Source: an uncultured Pseudomonadales bacterium (lineage in GTDB: Bacteria; Patescibacteriota; Microgenomatia; UBA1400; MFAQ01). Taken from it: a DNA stretch of 49,741 bases. The notes under the pieces are model-generated. The model saw nothing but the letters and a program-made list of their open reading frames with translations, was not told where the DNA came from and searched no databases. The stretch spans positions 1 through 49,741 of the forward strand of contig CAZYOB010000005.1 in the NCBI GenBank assembly GCA_964648275.1, given 5' to 3'. The translations under genes and the position numbers were made by a program. Below, in pieces: positions 41,869 to 49,741 of the stretch (its first letter is position 1; each line of letters starts with the position of its first letter).

Positions 41869-43053
41869 ATGCGTCGATATTTTTATATCAATGATCGGAA
41901 GTTCGTGGTGCGTTTTTTTGATGAGAACAGCGCTCAGGATCTGTCGGATCTGTCGGACATCATCAGGAGCCCCGGAGCACAAAGGTGGATGGACGAGGTG
42001 GATGATGACAGCGTCAATGGGCTCAGGTCATGGATGATGGAGAAGGGGCAAGGGAATCGCTTCCTTTTTGCCATAGCGGATATTGAGACTAGGGAGGGTG
42101 AAGGTAGAGTTCACGGATTCGTCTATATCTACCCACGTCAGGCGGACAAGGCTTTGGAGATCAGCTACGCCAGGAGACCTGATGGGGTGTCAGGTTTGAC
42201 CGCAGATGGAATTCATTTGGCTTTGGAGATAGTACAGGCATATATTGCCTTGAATCGACCATGGATGAGTGAAAGATTGAAGTTTATGGCCGAGATCGAG
42301 AGAGGGAATCTGCTTTCGATCAGGGTGATCGAGAAGGCAGGTTTTATAAAGGTCACTGATTTTGATCGAAGCAACAATGCCCTCTGGGTGTTGACCATCA
42401 AAGACAGGAAGCTCGAGTACAGACCGAGGAAGGTCGGTAGAGTCCGTCAGGTTACCGGTGCGTATTGCGGACCGGCGGTGGTGCAGATACTGGCGGCCCA
42501 TTTTGGAGTGGCACTGGATCAGGAGGCGATAGTGGATGCGGCCGGGGTAAGAGACAAGATAGAACTCAGGGGGATTTCGGTGGAGCAGATGGCTAAGGCA
42601 GTTGGGGTCTTGATGCCGGACTATACTCTCTGGATCAAGATGGAGTCTTCATTGGACGATATTGAAAAGATGGTCAGGGTCTACAACTACCCTGTGGCCG
42701 TAAATTGGCAAGGGATATTCGAGAAAAATGAATATGCGAACAGATTAACACCGGCACAAATGGAGGCGTATGAAGATGAGGAGGAGTGTAAAGGTGAGGA
42801 GGGGCATTACTCGGTGGTAGTGGATATCGACAAGACGATGAACTATGTGCGGATTATGGATCCTTACGGTCACTATTCAGAGGAGGATCGTTTTATCGCA
42901 CTGGGCGAATTCGAGCAGCGATGGTGGGACGACAGAATGGATTATCCGGAAGACGGCACAAAGCAATACTTTTATGCAAAGCAGTTGATGTTCGCACTTG
43001 TCCCAAGAGGAATTAGTTTGCCGGAAAATATCGGTATGAAAGAGATTATTTGA
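41869..43053 (+). CDS. fusion protein: RimJ/RimL-like GNAT domain + C39-like papain-fold cysteine peptidase domain
   Basis: N-terminal half: RFFDENSAQDL...LEISYARRPDG...AEIERGNLLSIRVIEKAGF. C-terminal half: VRQVTGAYCGPAVVQILAAHFG (Cys) and EEGHYSVVVDID...VRIMDPYG (His/Asp), as in Peptidase_C39-like domains. Confidence 0.6.
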   Translation: MRRYFYINDRKFVVRFFDENSAQDLSDLSDIIRSPGAQRWMDEVDDDSVNGLRSWMMEKGQGNRFLFAIADIETREGEGRVHGFVYIYPRQADKALEISYARRPDGVSGLTADGIHLALEIVQAYIALNRPWMSERLKFMAEIERGNLLSIRVIEKAGFIKVTDFDRSNNALWVLTIKDRKLEYRPRKVGRVRQVTGAYCGPAVVQILAAHFGVALDQEAIVDAAGVRDKIELRGISVEQMAKAVGVLMPDYTLWIKMESSLDDIEKMVRVYNYPVAVNWQGIFEKNEYANRLTPAQMEAYEDEEECKGEEGHYSVVVDIDKTMNYVRIMDPYGHYSEEDRFIALGEFEQRWWDDRMDYPEDGTKQYFYAKQLMFALVPRGISLPENIGMKEII

Positions 43054-43219
43054 GCTTGGAAACTTCCTTGTGCTCGGTGTGGTCTCTGCAGGTACGACAA
43101 TATTTAGAGATAGCAAGCTTCTCGGGTGTGTTGGTTTTATTCCTTTCGGAGATATAGTTGAAATGTCCACATTTGGTGCATTTCAAACCTACGTGTTGTC
43201 TGGGTCCTTTTTTAGCCAT
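43046..43219 (-). CDS. rpmG: 50S ribosomal protein L33
   Basis: Not in the ORF track (57 aa). MAKKGPRQHVGLKCTKCGHFNYISERNKTNTPEKLAISKYCRTCRDHTEHKEVSKLK, with the two CxxC pairs typical of L33. Overlaps the convergent gene's end by 8 nt. Confidence 0.85.
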   Translation of the reverse strand: MAKKGPRQHVGLKCTKCGHFNYISERNKTNTPEKLAISKYCRTCRDHTEHKEVSKLK

Positions 43220-43392
43220 AGCGGTGATATTTTAGCACAAAAGTTGATTTATTAGTGTGGGGTAAAGATTGTGAACAAATATCCGGGAAGAGTTTGAGCT
43301 TGGGCAATTAAAAAAAGAGTGTTTGGGTTCTTACAAATCATTTTATTGGATATTCTATAAAAGTGCGTGCGTGAATTGGGCATAATTCTAAG

Positions 43393-43421
43393 TTGACAAG
43401 ACTTTTAAAACAGTTTACAGT
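43393..43421 (+). promoter_or_regulatory. sigma70-type promoter candidate
   Basis: TTGACA, a 17-nt spacer, then TACAGT. It lies ~30 nt upstream of the ATG at 43453. Confidence 0.35.
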
Positions 43422-43452
43422 TATTTGTAGATACTTGTAAAAATAGTTACAA

Positions 43453-45393
43453 ATGAAAGAAAAAGACTACACAGTCAAAGAGGCGGCCAAGTTCCTGGGT
43501 TATTCCACCAACACCGTTTACGGGTATTTAAAGTCCGGAGAGATCAAATCGGTGAGAGTCGGTAAAGGAAAGATACGAATACCTGCCAGTGAGTTGGAAA
43601 AATTCGAGGGAGTAGCCGAAGAGGGGGCTTCCGAAAAGGAAGCGGTCGTCAGTGAGGTAGTGAAAGGACCATTGGTATTACCGACACCGCGTCCGGGAAG
43701 AAGTCTGGAGGCCTTAAGTGGAGAGACACCTTGGCATATAACTAAACTTTGGCTGGAAGAGAGAGTTGGCTTACCACGATTGTTCGATTGGTTGGTGGCG
43801 CTGGCATCCATAGTGTTGGGACTGTCCATGTTCCTCTACAACAGACAACTGGATGTGTTTGTGGCAGGTAATCTGGCCGAGTGGTTCTTGCCCATCAGAT
43901 TGACTCTTATAATCGCCGGTATCGGATTGATACTGGCCAACATGATCCAGGAGGAATTCTCGATGTATTCTCACTTGAATAATGTTTTCAGGGTGATATT
44001 GGTAATTGTTTATTTCGTATTGGCTTATTTACAGATGAGGAGTGGGGATCTGGATGGGTTATTGATCAATGGATTATTTGCATTGACCATTTTATTGGAG
44101 GCGGTCTTTGGGGTGGTGTCGTCGGCGGCTTACGCCTTTTTTATCGGCGGCTTAATGATCGGAATTGTCCTAGCTTTCAGATATTATCCGGAGACCAGCG
44201 GGCTGTCCTCGATATCTACTGCGATATACAGAGTTATAGATGGATATAGTGTGTTGTTAAGTGGACTGGCGTTGATATTGCTAATCTCCCTGGTCTGGGG
44301 TTATTTGGTAAACAAGAAATTATTTAAGATAATTTTAGGACTATGCGGGTTGCTGTTGGTGGCCTTGTCGATACACTACGCGACCGAGAGTTACTGGGCA
44401 AGATCATTCTTTATTTTAATCGCGGCGATGATTGGAATGTTACTGCCATTTTGGGAAGAGTTTAAACGAAGGACCGATGTCGATAGGACATTGGTATTCA
44501 GAATGTTCGGAGCTATCCTGATGTCATTTTCTTTGGCGATAGTTTTGATCGGGGTGGTCCAGTCGATATTGATGAGGAACGCCAGAGTTAATCTGACAGA
44601 GAAGGTGGAGTACGGGAAGATCATTGTAGACAGGGCGGTTGAGAATTCCCTGTCCGCACTTGACGGTCTATCCGGGAACGAATTATTCAGAGAGGCTTTG
44701 ACAAAAGAAAATGAGGCTGATTTAACAAGTTTTTCCAAAGCTTTATTCAAGAATTACAAAGATTTTGAAAACATTGCGATCGTTAATTTGGAGGGCATGG
44801 TGATCGCCGCGTATCCATTAACTTCTCAGACAGGGGTGAGTTTAAGCAGATACGGATATTTTAGCGACGTGGTCAAGGGAAGTGCGAATTATTTTTCTAA
44901 TACTCCAGAAGCATATCCATATGGGGATGAAAAAACCGTCGTGTTGGGCATCCCGGTCAGACAAGCGGATGGTGTAGTGATCGGTGGAGTTTTCGCTTCT
45001 TACAGCATGGAAGTATTGGGAGACAGAATACAGGAGATAGCTTCCGAGCAGACGGGCCAACATTTTGGATTACTGGATATTGACGGTAGGTGGTTGAGCA
45101 ATACAAATTTCGACCTGGTGGGGACAAAAGTGACCGAAACCGATGTTACTTATTTGTCATGGTTAGGAGGAAAAAATATCAACATGGGTTACAACGGATC
45201 GGGAAGGTATTCCGTAGTGGTAATTTCCAGCCCCAAGAATGTCGATTGGACGGTGACTTTAGCCCAACCGGTATTTTCGGTATTGGATATCAGTAACAGT
45301 GGATTGACGACGGTGATGTTCCTATTGTTCGTTATTGCACTTGTGGTGGCCAGCTCATATGCATTAGTTAGAGAAGAAGAGGAATTGCTTTAA
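43453..45393 (+). CDS. membrane-integrated one-component-like protein: excisionase-type HTH + ~8 TM + extracytoplasmic Cache-like domain + terminal TM
   Basis: N-terminal YTVKEAAKFLGYSTNTVYGYLKSGEIKSVRVGKGKIRIPASELEKF. A hydrophobic block spans residues ~110-370. The Cache-like segment is IAIVNLEGMVIAAYP...YFSDVVKGSANYFSN...VVLGIPVRQADGVVIGGVFASYSM. Confidence 0.6.
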   Translation: MKEKDYTVKEAAKFLGYSTNTVYGYLKSGEIKSVRVGKGKIRIPASELEKFEGVAEEGASEKEAVVSEVVKGPLVLPTPRPGRSLEALSGETPWHITKLWLEERVGLPRLFDWLVALASIVLGLSMFLYNRQLDVFVAGNLAEWFLPIRLTLIIAGIGLILANMIQEEFSMYSHLNNVFRVILVIVYFVLAYLQMRSGDLDGLLINGLFALTILLEAVFGVVSSAAYAFFIGGLMIGIVLAFRYYPETSGLSSISTAIYRVIDGYSVLLSGLALILLISLVWGYLVNKKLFKIILGLCGLLLVALSIHYATESYWARSFFILIAAMIGMLLPFWEEFKRRTDVDRTLVFRMFGAILMSFSLAIVLIGVVQSILMRNARVNLTEKVEYGKIIVDRAVENSLSALDGLSGNELFREALTKENEADLTSFSKALFKNYKDFENIAIVNLEGMVIAAYPLTSQTGVSLSRYGYFSDVVKGSANYFSNTPEAYPYGDEKTVVLGIPVRQADGVVIGGVFASYSMEVLGDRIQEIASEQTGQHFGLLDIDGRWLSNTNFDLVGTKVTETDVTYLSWLGGKNINMGYNGSGRYSVVVISSPKNVDWTVTLAQPVFSVLDISNSGLTTVMFLLFVIALVVASSYALVREEEELL

Positions 45394-45395
45394 AT

Positions 45396-48300
45396 ATGGA
45401 GAGAGTATTAGTAACCGGAAAGAAATATCACCCAAGTGTCAGGCGATTATTAGCCGTGATGATTTTTGGTCTGGGTTTGTTGTTGATGTACTTCGTCGGT
45501 TGGAGATGGATGCCTTTGCTGGATATTCCCGAACAGGGAGTAGAGCGAGTACTGATAACCCAGGTGGATGAGCAAACTATCAGTGAGAGTAATTTTGACA
45601 AGCCGGTACTAATGGGAGTGCTGAGAAGCGATCAGTCTTTTTCTTTTGCGACTATTGAGAACGCCAGGATCCGAGGGGAGAAGTATGAAGGATCGGTAGA
45701 GCTCAACTATCAGAACGGTGACTCAGGACAAGTGGAAGAAGTGAACGGTGTGGTGAACGTTTTCTTGACCAGAAGCGGGAAGCGAGAAGAGGTAAAAGTG
45801 GTGGAGAGGGGCCTCATCGGAGTGGAATTGACCGACACGCAGATATTACCGGTGAAAATAATCAATGGGTCGATAGTCCGGGGTAGGCTGATCGGAGAGT
45901 TTGATTTAATCACCCTGACAGATAATCGAGTGATCAAGGGACGATTCGATACCAGAGGAAAACTGTTGAATGTGAGTATCGAACCGTCTCTCAAAGAGCC
46001 CGACGCAACGTTAACTTTGATATCAAAAGAATTATTGAGACTCTCTTTGTTCTTGCAGGGTGGAACGGATGACAAAAGAGTGCTGGGAGTAAGGACGAGC
46101 GTTCTCGACAAACGAGTCGAGCAGATATCGGAGGCTACACAGCAGGTCTCAATTCCTCTTAATATTGGATTGGTTAGTTCTTTCTATCAAGTAGTGAGAG
46201 ATGCGACCGAGGGCTCTTTCATTATTGCGCAAACAGGAGGACCGGGATTCCCGGCAACAGGTCTACCCTCGACCGCCATAACAGTCGGTCCTATCGGACC
46301 CGCTGGTCCTCAGGGACTTCAAGGACCAAAGGGAGACAAAGGGGATCAGGGAATTGCGGGTGCTCAGGGGCCTGCAGGGGCAGATGGGGTCACGGGACCG
46401 GCTGGTGCAGATGGCACCGGAAGCGGATCATCCTTTGACGCTATTACCACCGGTACAAACACAACAGCAGCCATGACGGTTGGGGCGGGTGCTTCTCTTA
46501 CATATTCGGGTGGAACTGCAACCTCAGGAGTTATTAATGTCAACCAATTACTCGGTGGCACATGGGCTATTCCCGGAACAATTGGATCCACGACTCCAAA
46601 CTCTGGTGCTTTCACAACACTTTCATCTACAGGATTGACGACTTTAGGTGACAACTCTGCGACTGTGACAATCAACTCCTCTGATTGGGATATCAGTGCG
46701 ACAGGAGATATGACTAATATTGGTGGAATCTCGATGGATGGAGCTATTACAGGAGCTACAGGATTTAACGGGTTAGTGATCACTGCCAACACCGGTGTGA
46801 TCACGACTGGTGCTTGGAATGGATCTTTGGTCGGCCTAGCATATGGAGGAACAAACAAGAACATGACTGCGGTCAATGGTGGAGTTGTGTGGACGGATGC
46901 GGATTCGATGGAGGTGACTGTTGCAGGTAGCGCCGGTCAATTCCTAGTCTCGAACGGAGCGGCTGCTCCGTCTTGGACGAGTACTGTGACCGCAACATCC
47001 GTTCCATTCTCGGGAATTACGTCAGGAACCAACACAACTGCGGCCATGGTAGTCGATACCGGAGCCTCTCTGACCTTTGCCAATTCCGGGACCATCAATG
47101 CCTCTACCTTACTCGGTGGCACATGGGCTATTCCCGGAACAATTGGATCCACGACTCCAAACTCTGGTGCTTTCACAACACTTTCATCTACAGGATTGAC
47201 GACGCTGGGAAATAATACGGCCACGGTAGCGATTGATGGTACGAATTTTGATTTGACCAGTGGTGGTCTGGTGACATTGTTTGGAGGTTTGCCAGTGGAT
47301 CTGACAACTCCGGTCGCGACCTCACTCACCATTGACTCAGGAACGACCGGGACGTTAACTTTAGGAGGCGATTCGAGTGCCGAGTCAATCAATTTAGGAA
47401 CCGGAGCAGCGGCGAAGACGGTGGTCTTAGGATCGACCGATACCGCATCTACAACAACAATCCAATCCGGGACCGGGAATGTCAACTTCTTGGTGGGACC
47501 AACGTCATCGAGTGGCAGCGTTCGGATAGGGAACAGTGCCTCATCAACTCCCGATCTGTTGGTACTAGATAATGGAACAGCCGACCCAACCGGAGTGAAT
47601 GGGGGGATGTATTACAACACCTCAACATCCAAGTTCAGATGTTATCAAAATGGCTCGTGGACAAATTGCATTGGAGGTGACACGGTTACTGTTTTAAAGA
47701 CAGCCGATCAGTCGGTGATTAGTAGCACAGTTTTAGTTGACGATACTCAACTACAGTTCAGTATTGGGGCAGGAGAGTCTTGGGTTTTTGATATTAGTTT
47801 AATCGTCTCAAATAGTAGTCTTAATACGCCGGATTGGAAGTCGGCCATGTTGGCACCGGTTGGTTCAACATGTAGTGTCATACTATTCGGACATGAGGGC
47901 AGGGGTGAGAATTTCCCCCAGGCTAACACGACCGACTGCACTACTCCGGGGGAAATGATTAACTTGGCCGTGCAAGACGATGATGGTTTTGGATTTAATG
48001 TCGAGATGCAGGGAATAGTGACTGCCGGAGTTACCGGTGGGACGGTCAAGTTGCAATGGGCTCAGGGGACTTCAATCGCAAACAATCTGACTGTTAAGTC
48101 TGGAAGTATTTTGACTGCTTATAAAGTAGGTGGAGCCGACTTGGCTGAAGCATATGGCACTAGTGATCCAACAATCATAGCAGGAGATGTAGTGGTAGTT
48201 GATAATTTAATGCAGAATGGGGTTAAGAAATCCGCCAGACCTTATGACTCCTCAGTATTGGGAATCGTGTCTACCCAACCGGGAATGGTTTTGGGCGACG

Positions 48301-49535
48301 CTAATATTACGGGAAGTCCGGTTCTGGTGGCACTTTCGGGAAGAGTGCCTGTAAAGGTGAATACCGAGAATGGAGAAATCAAATCAGGGGATTATCTAAC
48401 CACTTCTTCTACCCCGGGAGTAGCTATGAAAGCGATTAAGGCAGGAGCTGTTATCGGTACAGCAATGACTGAATATGATGGAGAGGGAATCGGTACCGTT
48501 GTAGTCTTCGTGAAGAATGGCAATAGTACCGGAGCCAAGTTAGCAGATGTAATGAGCGGATTGGATACAACCAATAGTACGTTTAACTCGGAGGTTTTGG
48601 CTAACTTAATCCAAAATATGGCACAGATCGAGACATCGTCAATAGATATGTCGGAGATAATGACAGATAGGGTAGTGGCAGGGCTGGAAATGATCACTCC
48701 AAAATTGATCACTCAGGATATCTTAGCCACAGGAATGTTCGTGATGCAGGACAGCGAGGGGAACGAGAGCGTTAAGATTACCTCCGACGGCAATGCAATA
48801 TTCATGGGAACAATTAAAGCCGACAAGATAGAGGCGAACGAAATAAAGGGATTTAAGTTGCTCACAGACAGTATTTCAACTTTAACAGATAAGGTCGCGG
48901 GGATCGCTACCGCATCAGCTGAACCAGAGATGGTGCTTGAAAAGGAAAAACCGGTTTCGGTCCAGGTGGCTGACCTGATCAGCGGATTGTTTAGACAGGA
49001 GGTCGAGTTTTTTGGCAAGGTGATATTCCATTCGGATGTGTATTTTGCCGGCAGACCGACGTTTAACAAGGATACGGCAGGATTTGCGATCGTGAAGTCC
49101 GGTGGTAATGAGGTAGAGGTGAAGTTTGAGAAAGAATACAAGGACGAGCCGGTAGTGACGGTTTCCATGAATATAGTAGGGGAGACAGATTTAGGAAATT
49201 TGCCTACCTATGCAATCTTAGATCTGAGTAAGCAAGGATTTAAGATCAGACTATCGCGCAATACATCAATGGATATCAGATTTGCCTGGACGGCGATGGC
49301 AGTGGCGGACTTGAATACGAGTGAGGGAGCCGGGTCGGCATCTGTGCCGACTGCTCAACCTACGGTGGCGATTACTCCCGAACTACAGGTAACACCAAAC
49401 CCAACACCAAGTCCAACACCGGAGTTGAGTCCTTCGCCAACACCTGAGACAACTCCTATATTAGTCGAGCCAATACCCGAGGCGACCCCAACACCTGAAG
49501 TGACACAAGAGGCAACAGCAAGCGGTTCACTGTAA
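45396..49535 (+). CDS. 1379-aa surface fibre protein: N-terminal TM anchor, collagen-like GXY repeats, tandem ~187-aa modules, lectin-like C-terminal beta domain, Thr/Pro tail
   Basis: The ATG lies 2 nt after the upstream stop. There are 15 GXY triplets. Duplicated module LLGGTWAIPGTIGSTTPNSGAFTTLSSTGLTTLG. VEVKFEKEYKDEPVVTVSMN...QGFKIRLSRNTSMDIRFAWTAMAV resembles the H-type lectin pattern. Confidence 0.75.
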   Translation: MERVLVTGKKYHPSVRRLLAVMIFGLGLLLMYFVGWRWMPLLDIPEQGVERVLITQVDEQTISESNFDKPVLMGVLRSDQSFSFATIENARIRGEKYEGSVELNYQNGDSGQVEEVNGVVNVFLTRSGKREEVKVVERGLIGVELTDTQILPVKIINGSIVRGRLIGEFDLITLTDNRVIKGRFDTRGKLLNVSIEPSLKEPDATLTLISKELLRLSLFLQGGTDDKRVLGVRTSVLDKRVEQISEATQQVSIPLNIGLVSSFYQVVRDATEGSFIIAQTGGPGFPATGLPSTAITVGPIGPAGPQGLQGPKGDKGDQGIAGAQGPAGADGVTGPAGADGTGSGSSFDAITTGTNTTAAMTVGAGASLTYSGGTATSGVINVNQLLGGTWAIPGTIGSTTPNSGAFTTLSSTGLTTLGDNSATVTINSSDWDISATGDMTNIGGISMDGAITGATGFNGLVITANTGVITTGAWNGSLVGLAYGGTNKNMTAVNGGVVWTDADSMEVTVAGSAGQFLVSNGAAAPSWTSTVTATSVPFSGITSGTNTTAAMVVDTGASLTFANSGTINASTLLGGTWAIPGTIGSTTPNSGAFTTLSSTGLTTLGNNTATVAIDGTNFDLTSGGLVTLFGGLPVDLTTPVATSLTIDSGTTGTLTLGGDSSAESINLGTGAAAKTVVLGSTDTASTTTIQSGTGNVNFLVGPTSSSGSVRIGNSASSTPDLLVLDNGTADPTGVNGGMYYNTSTSKFRCYQNGSWTNCIGGDTVTVLKTADQSVISSTVLVDDTQLQFSIGAGESWVFDISLIVSNSSLNTPDWKSAMLAPVGSTCSVILFGHEGRGENFPQANTTDCTTPGEMINLAVQDDDGFGFNVEMQGIVTAGVTGGTVKLQWAQGTSIANNLTVKSGSILTAYKVGGADLAEAYGTSDPTIIAGDVVVVDNLMQNGVKKSARPYDSSVLGIVSTQPGMVLGDANITGSPVLVALSGRVPVKVNTENGEIKSGDYLTTSSTPGVAMKAIKAGAVIGTAMTEYDGEGIGTVVVFVKNGNSTGAKLADVMSGLDTTNSTFNSEVLANLIQNMAQIETSSIDMSEIMTDRVVAGLEMITPKLITQDILATGMFVMQDSEGNESVKITSDGNAIFMGTIKADKIEANEIKGFKLLTDSISTLTDKVAGIATASAEPEMVLEKEKPVSVQVADLISGLFRQEVEFFGKVIFHSDVYFAGRPTFNKDTAGFAIVKSGGNEVEVKFEKEYKDEPVVTVSMNIVGETDLGNLPTYAILDLSKQGFKIRLSRNTSMDIRFAWTAMAVADLNTSEGAGSASVPTAQPTVAITPELQVTPNPTPSPTPELSPSPTPETTPILVEPIPEATPTPEVTQEATASGSL
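46287..46421 (+). repeat. collagen-like triple-helix repeat coding region (15 x Gly-X-Y)
   Basis: GPIGPAGPQGLQGPKGDKGDQGIAGAQGPAGADGVTGPAGADGTG. Confidence 0.9.
46548..46642 (+). repeat. 95-nt perfect direct repeat, copy 1 (intragenic)
   Basis: Identical to 47109..47203 (ttactcggtggcacatgggctattcccgg...acaggattgacgac). Confidence 0.9.
47109..47203 (+). repeat. 95-nt perfect direct repeat, copy 2 (intragenic)
   Basis: Identical to 46548..46642. The offset is 561 nt (187 codons, in frame). Confidence 0.9.
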
Positions 49536-49563
49536 TCGCAGGATATTTGAGAGGAAGGGGAAA

Positions 49564-49741
49564 TTATTTTTCGAGATAGATGTCGCTTATCCACCAGTTC
49601 TTGGACTGGTCGTCATTACTGAGTCCAATTTGTACCCAGTGATCAATTGACTTAAAGACTAAGACAGTAGAAGTATCTGTTAGGAGTGTAACTTGAGGTG
49701 ATGTCAGGAGAGGTGCGGTGTGGACGGTAATATATCCCGAA
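49564..49741 (-). CDS. partial CDS (3' end inside window), unknown function
   Basis: A minus-strand frame is open from the window edge to a TAA at 49566-49564. It translates as ...SGYITVHTAPLLTSPQVTLLTDTSTVLVFKSIDHWVQIGLSNDDQSKNWWISDIYLEK. Convergent with the giant gene. Confidence 0.3.
   Translation of the reverse strand, partial: SGYITVHTAPLLTSPQVTLLTDTSTVLVFKSIDHWVQIGLSNDDQSKNWWISDIYLEK

Noticed and set aside
46548-47203. The 95-nt repeat pair as a diversity-generating retroelement template/variable repeat pair.
   Set aside because: The copies are 100% identical with no adenine-specific mismatches, both are internal to the same ORF, and no reverse transcriptase gene is present in the window.
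1-49741. Alternative genetic code (UGA recoding, as in some CPR-related lineages).
   Set aside because: Conserved genes translate to full length under the standard code. TGA is used as a genuine stop, for example at 4074..4076 and 28218..28220, both sitting in terminator hairpins.

Overview
The 49.7-kb window is densely coded, uses the standard genetic code, and has Shine-Dalgarno sites (GGAGG), sigma70-type promoters and many rho-independent terminators. Gene content suggests a small-genome, Gram-positive-type (sortase-bearing) bacterium, most consistent with a CPR/Patescibacteria-like lineage; this is inference only. That content includes comEA, a split comEC, dprA, many short membrane-anchored hypotheticals, a polytopic/TPR O-antigen-ligase-like protein, a PEGA protein and collagen-like giant surface proteins.

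Recognisable core genes:
- comEA, comEC (two ORFs) and dprA
- an M16 peptidase, ndk and mreB
- a WecB/TagA-type glycosyltransferase
- rplL, rplJ, rplA, rplK, nusG, secE and rpmG (rpmG is under 60 aa and found by hand)
- a GGQ release-factor-like protein and a Ddl-family ATP-grasp ligase
- five tRNAs: Ala-CGC, Ala-GGC, Pro-CGG, Arg-CCT and Trp-CCA

Main observations:
1. The normally contiguous rpmG/secE-nusG-rplK-rplA-rplJ-rplL block is present in order on the minus strand but is broken by three insertions.
2. The largest insertion (about 8.1 kb, between rplA and rplJ) carries an uncharacterised envelope module and is my top candidate for an undescribed system. It comprises an M23-TM-SLT double peptidoglycan hydrolase, two bitopic proteins, a 32-aa hydrophobic peptide, a 9-TM protein, an all-alpha protein and a CrtO-like membrane acyltransferase.
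3. Other notable loci:
   - a 1.56-kb AT-rich gene-free region after mreB
   - an HTH-polytopic-Cache protein coupled to a 1379-aa collagen-like fibre with a lectin-like C-terminus
   - a GNAT / ATP-grasp / GNAT-C39 cluster
   - a sortase-like gene next to a PPKTG substrate
   - serpin-like and Kazal-like inhibitor candidates
   - an L1 with an N-terminal extension

All homology calls come from motif recognition by eye; no searches or folding programs were run.
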